From a virus (Duplodnaviria > Heunggongvirae > Uroviricota > Caudoviricetes): a stretch of DNA of 32,113 nucleotides. Where the stretch lies: the IMG/VR virus record IMGVR_UViG_2721755710_000003; one strand, 5' to 3'. Below are positions 18,174-27,716 of the stretch, piece by piece (the stretch's first letter is position 1; each line of letters starts with the position of its first letter). A program made the position numbers and the translations under genes. The notes beneath the pieces were generated by a model that saw only the letters and a list, made by a program, of their open reading frames with translations, made no database searches and was not told the origin of the DNA.

Positions 18174-18809
18174 ATGAACACTCTCGCAAATATTCAGGAA
18201 CTCGCGCGCGCACTGCGCAACATGATTCGCACTGGCATTATCGTCGAAACCGACCTTAACGCCGGTCGCTGCCGCGTGCAGACCGGCGGCATGTGCACCG
18301 ACTGGCTTCAGTGGCTGACCCATCGCGCAGGACGTTCGCGCACATGGTGGGCACCTTCCGTGGGGGAACAGGTGCTGATTCTGGCCGTGGGTGGTGAACT
18401 CGACACGGCGTTCGTTCTGCCGGGGATTTATTCCGGCGATAACCCCTCGCCGTCTGTGTCGGCGGATGCCCTGCATATCCGTTTCCCTGACGGGGCGGTG
18501 ATTGAATATGAACCCGAAACCAGTGCACTCACGGTAAGCGGAATTAAAACGGCCAGCGTGACGGCTTCTGATTCTGTTACTGCCACGGTGCCGGTGGTCA
18601 TGGTGAAAGCATCAACCCGCGTCACCCTGGACACCCCGGAGGTGGTCTGCACCAACAGGCTGATTACCGGCACGCTGGAAGTGCAGAAAGGCGGGACGAT
18701 GCGCGGCAACATTGAACACACCGGCGGTGAACTCTCATCAAACGGTAAGGTACTGCATACCCATAAACACCCCGGCGACAGCGGCGGCACAACCGGGAGT
18801 CCTTTATGA
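18174..18809 (+). CDS. V: Baseplate spike protein GpV, 211 aa
   Basis: Translation from MNTLANIQELARALRNM; size and position as in P2. Confidence 0.9.
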   Translation: MNTLANIQELARALRNMIRTGIIVETDLNAGRCRVQTGGMCTDWLQWLTHRAGRSRTWWAPSVGEQVLILAVGGELDTAFVLPGIYSGDNPSPSVSADALHIRFPDGAVIEYEPETSALTVSGIKTASVTASDSVTATVPVVMVKASTRVTLDTPEVVCTNRLITGTLEVQKGGTMRGNIEHTGGELSSNGKVLHTHKHPGDSGGTTGSPL

Positions 18810-19153
18810 CAGCGCGTTATCTCGGAATGAATCGCAGTGATGGCCTGACTGTCACTGACCTTGAGCATATCAGCCAGAGTATCGGCGATATCCTGCGCAC
18901 ACCGGTCGGCTCACGGGTGATGCGTCGTGATTACGGCTCGTTGCTGGCGTCAATGATTGACCAGCCGCAGACCCCGGCGCTTGAGTTGCAGATTAAAGTC
19001 GCCTGTTACATGGCAGTGCTGAAATGGGAACCCCGCGTCACCCTGTCATCCGTCACCACGGCGCGCAGTTTTGACGGGCGAATGACGGTCACGTTAACCG
19101 GCCAGCACAACGACACCGGCCAGCCACTTTCATTAACCATCCCTGTGAGTTGA
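18806..19153 (+). CDS. W: Baseplate protein GpW (gp25-like), 115 aa
   Basis: Size and position as in P2. Confidence 0.9.
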   Translation: MTARYLGMNRSDGLTVTDLEHISQSIGDILRTPVGSRVMRRDYGSLLASMIDQPQTPALELQIKVACYMAVLKWEPRVTLSSVTTARSFDGRMTVTLTGQHNDTGQPLSLTIPVS

Positions 19154-19157
19154 AACC

Positions 19158-20066
19158 ATGCCGATTATCGACCTGAACCAGCTACCCGCACCGGATGTGG
19201 TCGAGGAGCTGGACTTTGAAAGCATTCTCGCTGAACGCAAGGCGACACTGATTTCCCTTTACCCGGAAGATCAGCAGGAGGCGGTCGCCCGTACCCTGAC
19301 ACTGGAATCTGAGCCTCTCGTCAAACTGCTGGAAGAAAATGCTTATCGTGAGCTTATCTGGCGTCAGCGTGTGAATGAGGCCGCACGGGCGGTGATGCTG
19401 GCCTGTGCCGCCGGTAATGACCTTGATGTGATTGGTGCCAATTACAACACCACGCGCCTGACTATCACCCCGGCAGATGATTCGACCATGCCGCCGACAC
19501 CGGCAGTGATGGAATCTGACACCGATTATCGTCTGCGTATTCAGCAGGCTTTTGAGGGCTTAAGCGTCGCCGGGTCAGTGGGAGCCTATCAGTATCATGG
19601 TCGCAGTGCTGACGGGCGTGTCGCGGATATTTCTGTCACCAGTCCGTCTCCTGCCTGTGTCACCATCTCTGTGCTGTCACGTGAAAATAACGGCGTCGCA
19701 TCCGAAGACCTGCTGGCTGTGGTGCGTAACGCCCTTAATGGCGAGGACGTCAGGCCGGTGGCCGACCGCGTGACCGTGCAGTCTGCCGCCATCGTTGAAT
19801 ACCAGATAAACGCCACGCTTTACCTTTACCCTGGTCCCGAAAGCGAACCCATCCGCGCTGCCGCTGTGAAAAAGCTGGAAGCGTATATCACGGCACAGCA
19901 CCGGCTGGGGCGCGACATCCGTCTGTCTGCCATTTATGCCGCTTTGCATGTGGAAGGTGTGCAGCGTGTCGAACTGGCTGCACCACTGGCCGACATCGTG
20001 CTCAACAGTACGCAGGCGTCTTTCTGTACCGAATACCGCGTCGTGACCGGAGGCTCGGATGAGTGA
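19158..20066 (+). CDS. J: Baseplate protein GpJ, 302 aa
   Basis: Size and position as in P2. Confidence 0.9.
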   Translation: MPIIDLNQLPAPDVVEELDFESILAERKATLISLYPEDQQEAVARTLTLESEPLVKLLEENAYRELIWRQRVNEAARAVMLACAAGNDLDVIGANYNTTRLTITPADDSTMPPTPAVMESDTDYRLRIQQAFEGLSVAGSVGAYQYHGRSADGRVADISVTSPSPACVTISVLSRENNGVASEDLLAVVRNALNGEDVRPVADRVTVQSAAIVEYQINATLYLYPGPESEPIRAAAVKKLEAYITAQHRLGRDIRLSAIYAALHVEGVQRVELAAPLADIVLNSTQASFCTEYRVVTGGSDE

Positions 20067-20589
20067 TTCGCGACTGCTGCCGACCGGCTCATCACCGCTT
20101 GAGGTCGCCGCCGCAAAAGCCTGTGCGGAAATTGAAAAAACGCCGGTCAGTATTCGTGAACTGTGGAACCCGGACACCTGTCCGGCAAATCTGCTGCCGT
20201 GGCTGGCGTGGGCGTTTTCGGTCGACAGGTGGGATGAAAAGTGGCCGGAAGCGACAAAACGCGCCGTTATCCGCGATGCCTATTTCATCCACTGTCATAA
20301 GGGCACGATAGGTGCAATCCGGCGTGTGGTGGAGCCGCTCGGCTATCTCATCAACGTGACGGAGTGGTGGGAAAACAGTGACCCGCCCGGCACCTTCCGG
20401 CTTGATATTGGTGTACTGGAAAGCGGTATCACAGAGGCAATGTATCAGGAAATGGAACGGCTGATTGCTGATGCCAAACCTGCAAGCCGTCACCTTATTG
20501 GCCTGAACATTACCCGGGACATTCCCGGCTACCTGTTCGCCGGTGGTGTGGCTTACGACGGCGATGTAATTACGGTTTACCCCGGATAA
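20059..20589 (+). CDS. I: Baseplate protein GpI, 176 aa
   Basis: Size and position as in P2. Confidence 0.9.
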   Translation: MSDSRLLPTGSSPLEVAAAKACAEIEKTPVSIRELWNPDTCPANLLPWLAWAFSVDRWDEKWPEATKRAVIRDAYFIHCHKGTIGAIRRVVEPLGYLINVTEWWENSDPPGTFRLDIGVLESGITEAMYQEMERLIADAKPASRHLIGLNITRDIPGYLFAGGVAYDGDVITVYPG

Positions 20590-20599
20590 GTGAGGAATA

Positions 20600-22609
20600 A
20601 TGAGCACAAAATTCAAAACCGTTATCACCACTGCCGGTGCAGCAAAGCTGGCAGCGGCAACCGCACCGGGAGGGCGGAAGGTCAACATTACCACGATGGC
20701 CGTCGGGGATGGCGGTGGTAAATTGCCTGTCCCGGATGCCGGACAGACCGGGCTTATCCATGAAGTCTGGCGACATGCGCTGAACAAAATCAGCCAGGAC
20801 AAACGAAACAGTAATTATATTATCGCAGAGCTGGTTATTCCGCCGGAGGTGGGCGGTTTCTGGATGCGTGAGCTTGGCCTGTACGATGATGCGGGAACAT
20901 TAATTGCCGTGGCGAACATGGCCGAAAGTTATAAGCCAGCTCTTGCCGAAGGCTCAGGGCGTTCGCAGACCTGTCGCATGGTCATCATCGTCAGCAGTGT
21001 GGCCTCAGTGGCGCTGACCATTGACACCACAACGGTGATGGCGACGCAGGATTACGTTGATGACAAAATTGCAGAGCATGAACAGTCACGACGTCACCCG
21101 GACGCCTCGCTGACCGCAAAAGGTTTTACTCAGTTAAGCAATGCGACCAACAGCACGTCTGAAACACTGGCCGCAACGCCGAAAGCGGTAAAGGCCGCGT
21201 ATGATCTTGCTAACGGGAAATACACTGCGCAGGATGCCACCACAGCGCGAAAAGGCCTTGTCCAGCTCAGTAGCGCCACCAACAGCACGTCTGAAACGCT
21301 CGCCGCAACACCAAAAGCCGTTAAGACGGTAATGGATGAAACGAACAAAAAAGCGCCATTAAACAGCCCTGCACTGACCGGAACGCCAACGACGCCAACT
21401 GCGCGACAGGGAACGAATAATACTCAGATCGCAAACACGGCTTTCGTTATGGCCGCGATTGCCGCCCTTGTAGACTCGTCGCCTGACGCACTGAATACGC
21501 TGAACGAGCTGGCGGCGGCGCTGGGCAATGACCCGAATTTTGCTACCACCATGACTAATGCGCTTGCGGGTAAGCAACCGAAAGATGCTACCCTGACGGC
21601 GCTGGCGGGGCTTGCTACTGCGGCAGACAGGTTTCCGTATTTTACGGGGAATGATGTTGCCAGCCTGGCGACCCTGACAAAAGTCGGGCGGGATATTCTG
21701 GCTAAATCGACCGTTGCCGCCGTTATCGAATATCTCGGTTTACAGGAAACGGTAAACCGAGCCGGGAACGCCGTGCAAAAAAATGGCGATACCTTGTCCG
21801 GTGGACTTACTTTTGAAAACGACTCAATCCTTGCCTGGATTCGAAATACTGACTGGGCGAAGATTGGATTTAAAAATGATGCCGATGGTGACACTGATTC
21901 ATACATGTGGTTTGAAACGGGGGATAACGGCAATGAATATTTCAAATGGAGAAGCCGCCAGAGTACCACAACAAAAGACCTGATGACGTTGAAATGGGAT
22001 GCACTAAATATTCTTGTTAATGCCGTCATTAATGGCTGTTTTGGAGTTGGTACGACGAATGCACTAGGTGGTAGCTCTATTGTTCTTGGTGATAATGATA
22101 CCGGATTTAAACAGAATGGAGACGGTATTCTTGATGTTTATGCTAACAGTCAGCGTGTATTCCGTTTTCAGAATGGAGTGGCTATTGCTTTTAAAAATAT
22201 TCAGGCAGGTGATAGTAAAAAGTTCTCGCTATCCAGCTCTAATACATCCACGAAGAATATTACCTTTAATTTATGGGGTGCTTCCACCCGTCCAGTGGTT
22301 GCAGAGTTAGGCGATGAGGCCGGATGGCATTTCTATAGCCAGCGAAATACAGATAACTCGGTAATATTTGCTGTTAACGGTCAGATGCAACCCAGCAACT
22401 GGGGAAATTTTGATTCCCGCTATGTGAAAGATGTTCGCCTGGGTACGCGAGTTGTTCAATTGATGGCGCGAGGTGGTCGTTATGAAAAAGCCGGACACAC
22501 GATTACCGGATTAAGAATCATTGGTGAAGTAGATGGCGATGATGAAGCCATCTTCAGGCCGATACAAAAATACATCAATGGCACATGGTATAACGTTGCG
22601 CAGGTGTAA
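20600..22609 (+). CDS. H: Tail fibre protein GpH, 669 aa, with internal repeats and an AT-rich C-terminal (receptor-binding) portion
   Basis: The conserved N-terminus MSTKFKTVITTAGAAKLAAATAPGG is followed by the repeat motif QLS(N/S)ATNSTSETLAATPKAVK. Base composition drops markedly from about 21780 onward. Confidence 0.9.
   Translation: MSTKFKTVITTAGAAKLAAATAPGGRKVNITTMAVGDGGGKLPVPDAGQTGLIHEVWRHALNKISQDKRNSNYIIAELVIPPEVGGFWMRELGLYDDAGTLIAVANMAESYKPALAEGSGRSQTCRMVIIVSSVASVALTIDTTTVMATQDYVDDKIAEHEQSRRHPDASLTAKGFTQLSNATNSTSETLAATPKAVKAAYDLANGKYTAQDATTARKGLVQLSSATNSTSETLAATPKAVKTVMDETNKKAPLNSPALTGTPTTPTARQGTNNTQIANTAFVMAAIAALVDSSPDALNTLNELAAALGNDPNFATTMTNALAGKQPKDATLTALAGLATAADRFPYFTGNDVASLATLTKVGRDILAKSTVAAVIEYLGLQETVNRAGNAVQKNGDTLSGGLTFENDSILAWIRNTDWAKIGFKNDADGDTDSYMWFETGDNGNEYFKWRSRQSTTTKDLMTLKWDALNILVNAVINGCFGVGTTNALGGSSIVLGDNDTGFKQNGDGILDVYANSQRVFRFQNGVAIAFKNIQAGDSKKFSLSSSNTSTKNITFNLWGASTRPVVAELGDEAGWHFYSQRNTDNSVIFAVNGQMQPSNWGNFDSRYVKDVRLGTRVVQLMARGGRYEKAGHTITGLRIIGEVDGDDEAIFRPIQKYINGTWYNVAQV
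21131..21325 (+). repeat. Two copies of a roughly 62-nt repeat inside H, 132 bp apart (identical core ACCAACAGCACGTCTGAAAC at 21146-21165 and 21278-21297)
   Basis: Read directly from the sequence; mirrored in the spurious antisense ORF 21130..21348, which shows the same peptide twice. Confidence 0.85.
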
Positions 22610-22612
22610 GTT

Positions 22613-23140
22613 ATGCAGCATTTAAAGAACATTAAGTCAGGTAATCCAAAAACAAAAGAGCAATATCAGCTAACAAAGAATTTTGATGTTATCTGGTTAT
22701 GGTCCGAAGACGGAAAAAACTGGTATGAGGAAGTGAAGAACTTTCAGCCAGACACAATAAAGATTGTTTACGATGAAAATAATATTATTGTCGCTATCAC
22801 CAGAGATGCTTCAACGCTTAATCCTGAAGGTTTTAGCGTTGTTGAGGTTCCTGATATTACCTCCAACCGACGTGCTGACGACTCAGGTAAATGGATGTTT
22901 AAGGATGGTGCTGTGGTTAAACGGATTTATACGGCAGATGAACAGCAACAACAGGCAGAATCACAAAAGGCCGCGTTACTTTCCGAAGCGGAAAACGTTA
23001 TTCAGCCACTGGAACGCGCTGTCAGGCTGAATATGGCGACGGATGAGGAACGTGCACGACTGGAGTCATGGGAACGTTACAGCGTTCTGGTCAGCCGTGT
23101 GGATCCTGCAAATCCTGAATGGCCGGAAATGCCGCAATAA
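22613..23140 (+). CDS. G: Tail fibre assembly chaperone GpG, 175 aa
   Basis: Follows H, correct size, AT-rich like the H C-terminus. Confidence 0.85.
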   Translation: MQHLKNIKSGNPKTKEQYQLTKNFDVIWLWSEDGKNWYEEVKNFQPDTIKIVYDENNIIVAITRDASTLNPEGFSVVEVPDITSNRRADDSGKWMFKDGAVVKRIYTADEQQQQAESQKAALLSEAENVIQPLERAVRLNMATDEERARLESWERYSVLVSRVDPANPEWPEMPQ

Positions 23141-23174
23141 GTTGTATGACCTCTGTTGTGAACTTACATATCTA

Positions 23175-23215
23175 TGGCACAGAGTAAAGCCTAATCTGAA
23201 GTCCACTCTGTGCCA
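23175..23215. repeat. 11-bp perfect inverted repeat (TGGCACAGAGT ... ACTCTGTGCCA) with a 19-nt loop between convergent G and the Z/fun-position gene
   Basis: Read directly from the sequence. It could be a terminator for either convergent transcript or a protein-binding site; there is no clear U-tract. Confidence 0.5.
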
Positions 23216-23533
23216 AAAGCGGACCTTATAAACAAGAACAATGGTCATATCAGTGTGTTTTGATTGCATAGCTAACGTGCGTCTTCCTGTACAGAATCAT
23301 AAGATGATAGGGCATAGGAGATGATTATTATCGCGTGTTTTAAAAATAGCTTTCTGCATCAAGTGTCACTTGCGAAGAGGTATTGGCGCTATGATTGGCA
23401 TCACTCAGTTCAGATAATATTTTAAATATTTGGTAAATGTTCAGATTACACAATTCGGTCTGCGTCCCGTTAAAATTATCTACTATTAGTTATTACTATG
23501 AGGTGAATGGCAAGTGTTTTCCACTCGCCATTT

Positions 23534-25120
23534 TTATTTTTTTAAAGCCTTTCCGACGTTTAAGGCTTTTGCCAAGCCATAAAATATTTGATATTTCATT
23601 CCTGTTTTTATTTTTGGTGAGATATTTGCGTAACTTCTTTCTCTAAAACACCAACGTATAAACCTATTATTATCTTCGGTTGTTTCTATATAGCATATTA
23701 CATTGAGACCAAAAAGAAACTGAAGGAAGTCATTTGCAGTTGTCATGAATTTTGGTTTTGTTGTGGAAATGGAACTAATATGAGTTTCAAGTTGTTTATA
23801 TGCTAAGAGGTATTCAGCGTAATCAAAAGTATCTTTTCCAGAGAGGAATTCAAAGAACTTTAAAAAAATCTCATAATGTTCACTTCCATAATAAAATGAT
23901 AAATGATCTTTTATTTCTCCAAGTAAATAGTTAGAGTAATCTCTTTGCATGCTAGGACTTTCAAAGTCATCTAGACTAAATTGATTTTTCCCATCATCAC
24001 CGCTGGCGTGTGATTTGATAATTTCGAGCATCCGTAATATATCTCTTGGGCGATAATATGACCAGCGAAGGAAATTAATAAATGATGTGGGGTGGTTATA
24101 ATTATCATGGACGTTGGGTGAATCCCAAGGGAAATAATGGTCCCATGCCTGTCCCTTTTTAAGGGCCATGTCTTGCTGAGTCCTAAGCAGATGATCTAAT
24201 ACCTCAAATAATTGAGAGCTACGGTGGTTAACATATTCTGTCCGCCAGTCCAAGAATACTGAATTATCTCTGATTTTTGCGTTTTGATTTTGTAATCCTA
24301 TGGATTCAAATATATCTGGCCTGATCAAGAGAACGGCCTTCATTCTCCCTTTTCCTCCCTTTATACTTGGGAAGAAATCGTTGTTAATCTCCCAGACTGC
24401 GTGAGCTAATCCTTTTATACATTCTAGATAATCATCGTATGGAATTGAGGAAGGGCGGATATCAATACCATCGATAAATAAAATATGATTTTGAGATAAA
24501 CGTATTTGGCTAAAGGCCTCTTCAAATTTTTTTTGTATATAAAATAAATTTATCTGAAATCTGCTCTCAGAAAAAGATAAAGACTCTCTTTCTTCACCTT
24601 TTAAGGTTGCATGCTTATGAAGTAGTTCGGCTGCAACTTTTGACTCTTGAACAAAACTGAGGGCTTGAATTATTTCTGGTGAAAATGCCTTAAGATAATA
24701 CTCATCTATTGCATCATTAAGTGATGAGAATTTTGAATAATTTAGTAACTTTGAAATTTTCCCTTCTTTATCTAATACTTGTTTTGATATTAATAAATAT
24801 AGAATAACTTTCCATATGCCAGAGAAGTCAGACAAATTTAAATGCTTTTCAGATTTAAGAGTGATAAATTTTTGATATTCTGTCTCTCTTATATATTTAG
24901 TTGTAGCTAGCGTATTGTTAATATTGTTATTTGAGAGATAGATAGAGTATGCGGTTTTACCAGTACCTTTCTCTCCTACAAGAAACGATATATTTGGTTC
25001 ACATAATCTAGATAGGTGATTATCACGTATGAACACTTTGTTAAGTAATTCTTTATTCTCCCTTCTCTTATAATTTTCAGCATCAGCATAGCCAAGAGTT
25101 AGATCTTTGATTGGTATCAT
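23534..25120 (-). CDS. AT-rich P-loop NTPase (Walker A GEKGTGKT, Walker B-like ILFIDGID), 528 aa, antisense to the tail genes in the Z/fun position
   Basis: N-terminal motifs FLVGEKGTGKTAYSIYL and HILFIDGIDIRP. A GAGGT ribosome-binding site precedes the ATG on the minus strand. The roughly 300-aa C-terminal region has no motif I can recognise by eye. Confidence 0.7.
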   Translation of the reverse strand: MIPIKDLTLGYADAENYKRRENKELLNKVFIRDNHLSRLCEPNISFLVGEKGTGKTAYSIYLSNNNINNTLATTKYIRETEYQKFITLKSEKHLNLSDFSGIWKVILYLLISKQVLDKEGKISKLLNYSKFSSLNDAIDEYYLKAFSPEIIQALSFVQESKVAAELLHKHATLKGEERESLSFSESRFQINLFYIQKKFEEAFSQIRLSQNHILFIDGIDIRPSSIPYDDYLECIKGLAHAVWEINNDFFPSIKGGKGRMKAVLLIRPDIFESIGLQNQNAKIRDNSVFLDWRTEYVNHRSSQLFEVLDHLLRTQQDMALKKGQAWDHYFPWDSPNVHDNYNHPTSFINFLRWSYYRPRDILRMLEIIKSHASGDDGKNQFSLDDFESPSMQRDYSNYLLGEIKDHLSFYYGSEHYEIFLKFFEFLSGKDTFDYAEYLLAYKQLETHISSISTTKPKFMTTANDFLQFLFGLNVICYIETTEDNNRFIRWCFRERSYANISPKIKTGMKYQIFYGLAKALNVGKALKK

Positions 25121-25379
25121 TATTACCTCAACTAAAGCAATTGAAAAACATATGGTTATAAAAACATAGCGCTGCTCTGTCGCATATTGTGGATATCAAC
25201 ATATGAAATGTAAAGGAACTATTTGTGGATGAATGAACCGAATCGCTGTAGCTTCGGTAGTCATCTTTCAGACTTGTATAAATGAACAACTTCCGCTTCT
25301 CGCTCAAAGGAAACTGTCAGATTTGATAGCTTTTGGGCTATGTAAACTGTCAGTCGGAAAATGAGTGAGTACAAATCAG

Positions 25380-25510
25380 GGCAGGTGAGCGAATTGCCCG
25401 CCTTTTCTTTACCGGTGGTTGTGCTGTCGATTAGCCAACCGGGACAAATAGCCTGACATCTCCGGCGCAACTGAAAATACCACTCACCCATTAACCACGG
25501 AGTTAAACGG
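25380..25510 (+). promoter_or_regulatory. Expected position of the late promoter for the FI-FII-E-T-U-D operon
   Basis: Position only: intergenic region upstream of FI. No convincing dyad found by eye. Confidence 0.3.
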
Positions 25511-26701
25511 ATGAGTGACTATCATCACGGCGTGCAGGTGCTGGAGATTAACGAGGGCACCCGCGTCATTTCCACCGTATCCACGGCCATTGTCGGCATG
25601 GTCTGCACGGCCAGCGATGCAGATGCGGAAACCTTCCCCCTCAATAAACCTGTGCTGATTACCAATGTGCAGAGCGCAATTTCAAAGGCCGGTAAAAAAG
25701 GCACGCTGGCGGCATCGTTGCAGGCCATCGCTGACCAGTCAAAACCGGTCACCGTTGTCGTGCGCGTGGAAGACGGCACCGGTGATGACGAGGAAACGAA
25801 ACTCGCGCAGACCGTTTCCAATATCATCGGCACCACCGATGAAAACGGTCAGTACACCGGACTAAAAGCCCTGCTGGCGGCGGAGTCGGTAACCGGTGTT
25901 AAACCGCGTATTCTCGGCGTGCCGGGACTGGATACCAAAGAGGTGGCTGTTGCACTGGCATCAGTCTGTCAGAAGCTGCGTGCTTTCGGGTATATCAGCG
26001 CATGGGGCTGTAAAACCATTTCCGAGGTGAAAGCCTATCGTCAGAATTTCAGCCAGCGTGAGCTGATGGTCATCTGGCCGGATTTCCTCGCATGGGATAC
26101 GGTCACCAGTACCACCGCCACCGCGTATGCCACCGCCCGTGCGCTGGGGCTGCGCGCTAAAATCGACCAGGAGCAGGGCTGGCATAAAACGCTGTCCAAT
26201 GTCGGGGTGAACGGTGTTACCGGCATCAGCGCATCTGTATTCTGGGATTTGCAGGAGTCCGGCACCGATGCTGACCTGCTTAACGAGTCAGGCGTCACTA
26301 CGCTGATTCGCCGCGACGGTTTCCGCTTCTGGGGTAACCGTACCTGCTCTGATGACCCGCTGTTCCTCTTTGAAAACTACACCCGCACCGCGCAGGTGCT
26401 GGCCGACACGATGGCTGAGGCGCACATGTGGGCGGTGGACAAGCCCATCACTGCAACGCTGATTCGCGACATCGTTGACGGCATCAATGCCAAATTCCGT
26501 GAGCTGAAAACAAACGGCTATATCGTGGATGCGACCTGCTGGTTCAGCGAAGAATCCAACGATGCGGAAACCCTCAAGGCCGGAAAACTGTATATCGACT
26601 ACGACTATACACCGGTGCCTCCTCTCGAAAACCTGACCCTGCGCCAGCGTATTACCGATAAATACCTGGCAAATCTGGTCACCTCGGTTAACAGCAATTA
26701 A
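25511..26701 (+). CDS. FI: Tail sheath protein GpFI, 396 aa
   Basis: Size and position as in P2. Confidence 0.92.
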   Translation: MSDYHHGVQVLEINEGTRVISTVSTAIVGMVCTASDADAETFPLNKPVLITNVQSAISKAGKKGTLAASLQAIADQSKPVTVVVRVEDGTGDDEETKLAQTVSNIIGTTDENGQYTGLKALLAAESVTGVKPRILGVPGLDTKEVAVALASVCQKLRAFGYISAWGCKTISEVKAYRQNFSQRELMVIWPDFLAWDTVTSTTATAYATARALGLRAKIDQEQGWHKTLSNVGVNGVTGISASVFWDLQESGTDADLLNESGVTTLIRRDGFRFWGNRTCSDDPLFLFENYTRTAQVLADTMAEAHMWAVDKPITATLIRDIVDGINAKFRELKTNGYIVDATCWFSEESNDAETLKAGKLYIDYDYTPVPPLENLTLRQRITDKYLANLVTSVNSN

Positions 26702-26713
26702 GGAGCCTGACCG

Positions 26714-27232
26714 ATGGCAATGCCGCGCAAACTCAAGTTAATGAACGTCTTTCTGAACGGCTACAGCTATCAGGGCGTTGCAAAGTCCGTCACGCTGCCA
26801 AAACTGACCCGTAAGCTCGAAAACTATCGCGGTGCGGGGATGAACGGCAGCGCACCGGTAGACCTCGGCCTTGATGACGATGCGCTGTCAATGGAGTGGT
26901 CGCTCGGTGGCTTCCCGGATTCGGTTATCTGGGAGCTTTACGCCGCAACCGGTGTGGATGCCGTGCCGATTCGTTTTGCAGGCTCTTACCAGCGCGACGA
27001 TACCGGCGAAACGGTGGCCGTCGAAGTGGTCATGCGTGGACGTCAGAAAGAAATCGACACCGGCGAGGGTAAACAGGGAGAAGACACTGAGTCGAAAATC
27101 TCCGTGGTCTGCACCTATTTCCGGCTGACGATGGACGGTAAGGAGCTGGTCGAAATTGACACCATCAACATGATTGAGAAGGTGAACGGCGTCGATCGGC
27201 TGGAGCAACACCGCCGCAATATCGGCCTGTGA
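26714..27232 (+). CDS. FII: Tail tube protein GpFII, 172 aa
   Basis: Size and position as in P2. Confidence 0.92.
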   Translation: MAMPRKLKLMNVFLNGYSYQGVAKSVTLPKLTRKLENYRGAGMNGSAPVDLGLDDDALSMEWSLGGFPDSVIWELYAATGVDAVPIRFAGSYQRDDTGETVAVEVVMRGRQKEIDTGEGKQGEDTESKISVVCTYFRLTMDGKELVEIDTINMIEKVNGVDRLEQHRRNIGL

Positions 27233-27288
27233 TTTTCATCCGGTCAGCCTGGCTGGCCGGTTAACCCTGATTCAGAAGTGAGAAAACC

Positions 27289-27564
27289 ATGAACAAAGAA
27301 AATGTCATTACCCTGGACAATCCGGTCAAACGTGGTGAGCAGGTTATCGAACAGGTCACGCTGATGAAACCCAGTGCCGGGACGCTACGCGGTGTCAGTC
27401 TGGCTGCGGTTGCAAACTCCGAAGTCGATGCACTGATTAAGGTGCTGCCGCGCATGACGGCACCGATGCTGACCGAGCAGGAAGTCGCCGCGCTGGAACT
27501 GCCTGACCTTGTGGCGCTGGCCGGTAAGGTGGTCGGTTTTTTGTCGCCGAACTCGGTGCAGTGA
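27289..27564 (+). CDS. E: Tail assembly chaperone GpE, 91 aa (zero-frame product)
   Basis: Small ORF between the tail tube and tape measure genes. Confidence 0.88.
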   Translation: MNKENVITLDNPVKRGEQVIEQVTLMKPSAGTLRGVSLAAVANSEVDALIKVLPRMTAPMLTEQEVAALELPDLVALAGKVVGFLSPNSVQ

Positions 27565-27716
27565 CGTTTCCGAAAAATCTCTCGGTCGATGACCTGATGG
27601 CGGATGTGGCAGTGATATTTCACTGGCCGCCATCAGAACTGTATCCCATGAGCCTGACCGAACTCATCACATGGCGCGAAAAGGCGCTCCGGCGAAGCGG
27701 AAACACGAATGAGTAA
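27289..27716 (+). CDS. E': Tail assembly chaperone E+E', produced by a programmed -1 ribosomal frameshift at slippery heptamer T_TTT_TTG (27537-27543); the product ends at TAA 27714-27716, overlapping the T start
   Basis: The slippery site was read from the sequence. The -1 frame is open from the slip site to 27716 (...VAELGAVTFPKNLSVDDLMADVAVIFHWPPSELYPMSLTELITWREKALRRSGNTNE). Confidence 0.75.

Noticed and set aside
21424-22029. 201-aa minus-strand ORF inside H
   Set aside because: Antisense to the tail fibre gene; its open frame is a by-product of the repetitive Ala/Ser/Thr-rich H sequence.
23437-23646. 69-aa plus-strand ORF in the AT-rich gap after G
   Set aside because: It overlaps the 3' end of the NTPase gene on the opposite strand and consists largely of low-complexity hydrophobic sequence typical of AT-rich translation artefacts.
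25261-25491. 76-aa minus-strand ORF upstream of the NTPase gene, considered as a possible small partner or regulator
   Set aside because: No convincing ribosome-binding site; backbone-like composition; it overlaps the region where the FI late promoter must lie. Most likely non-coding.
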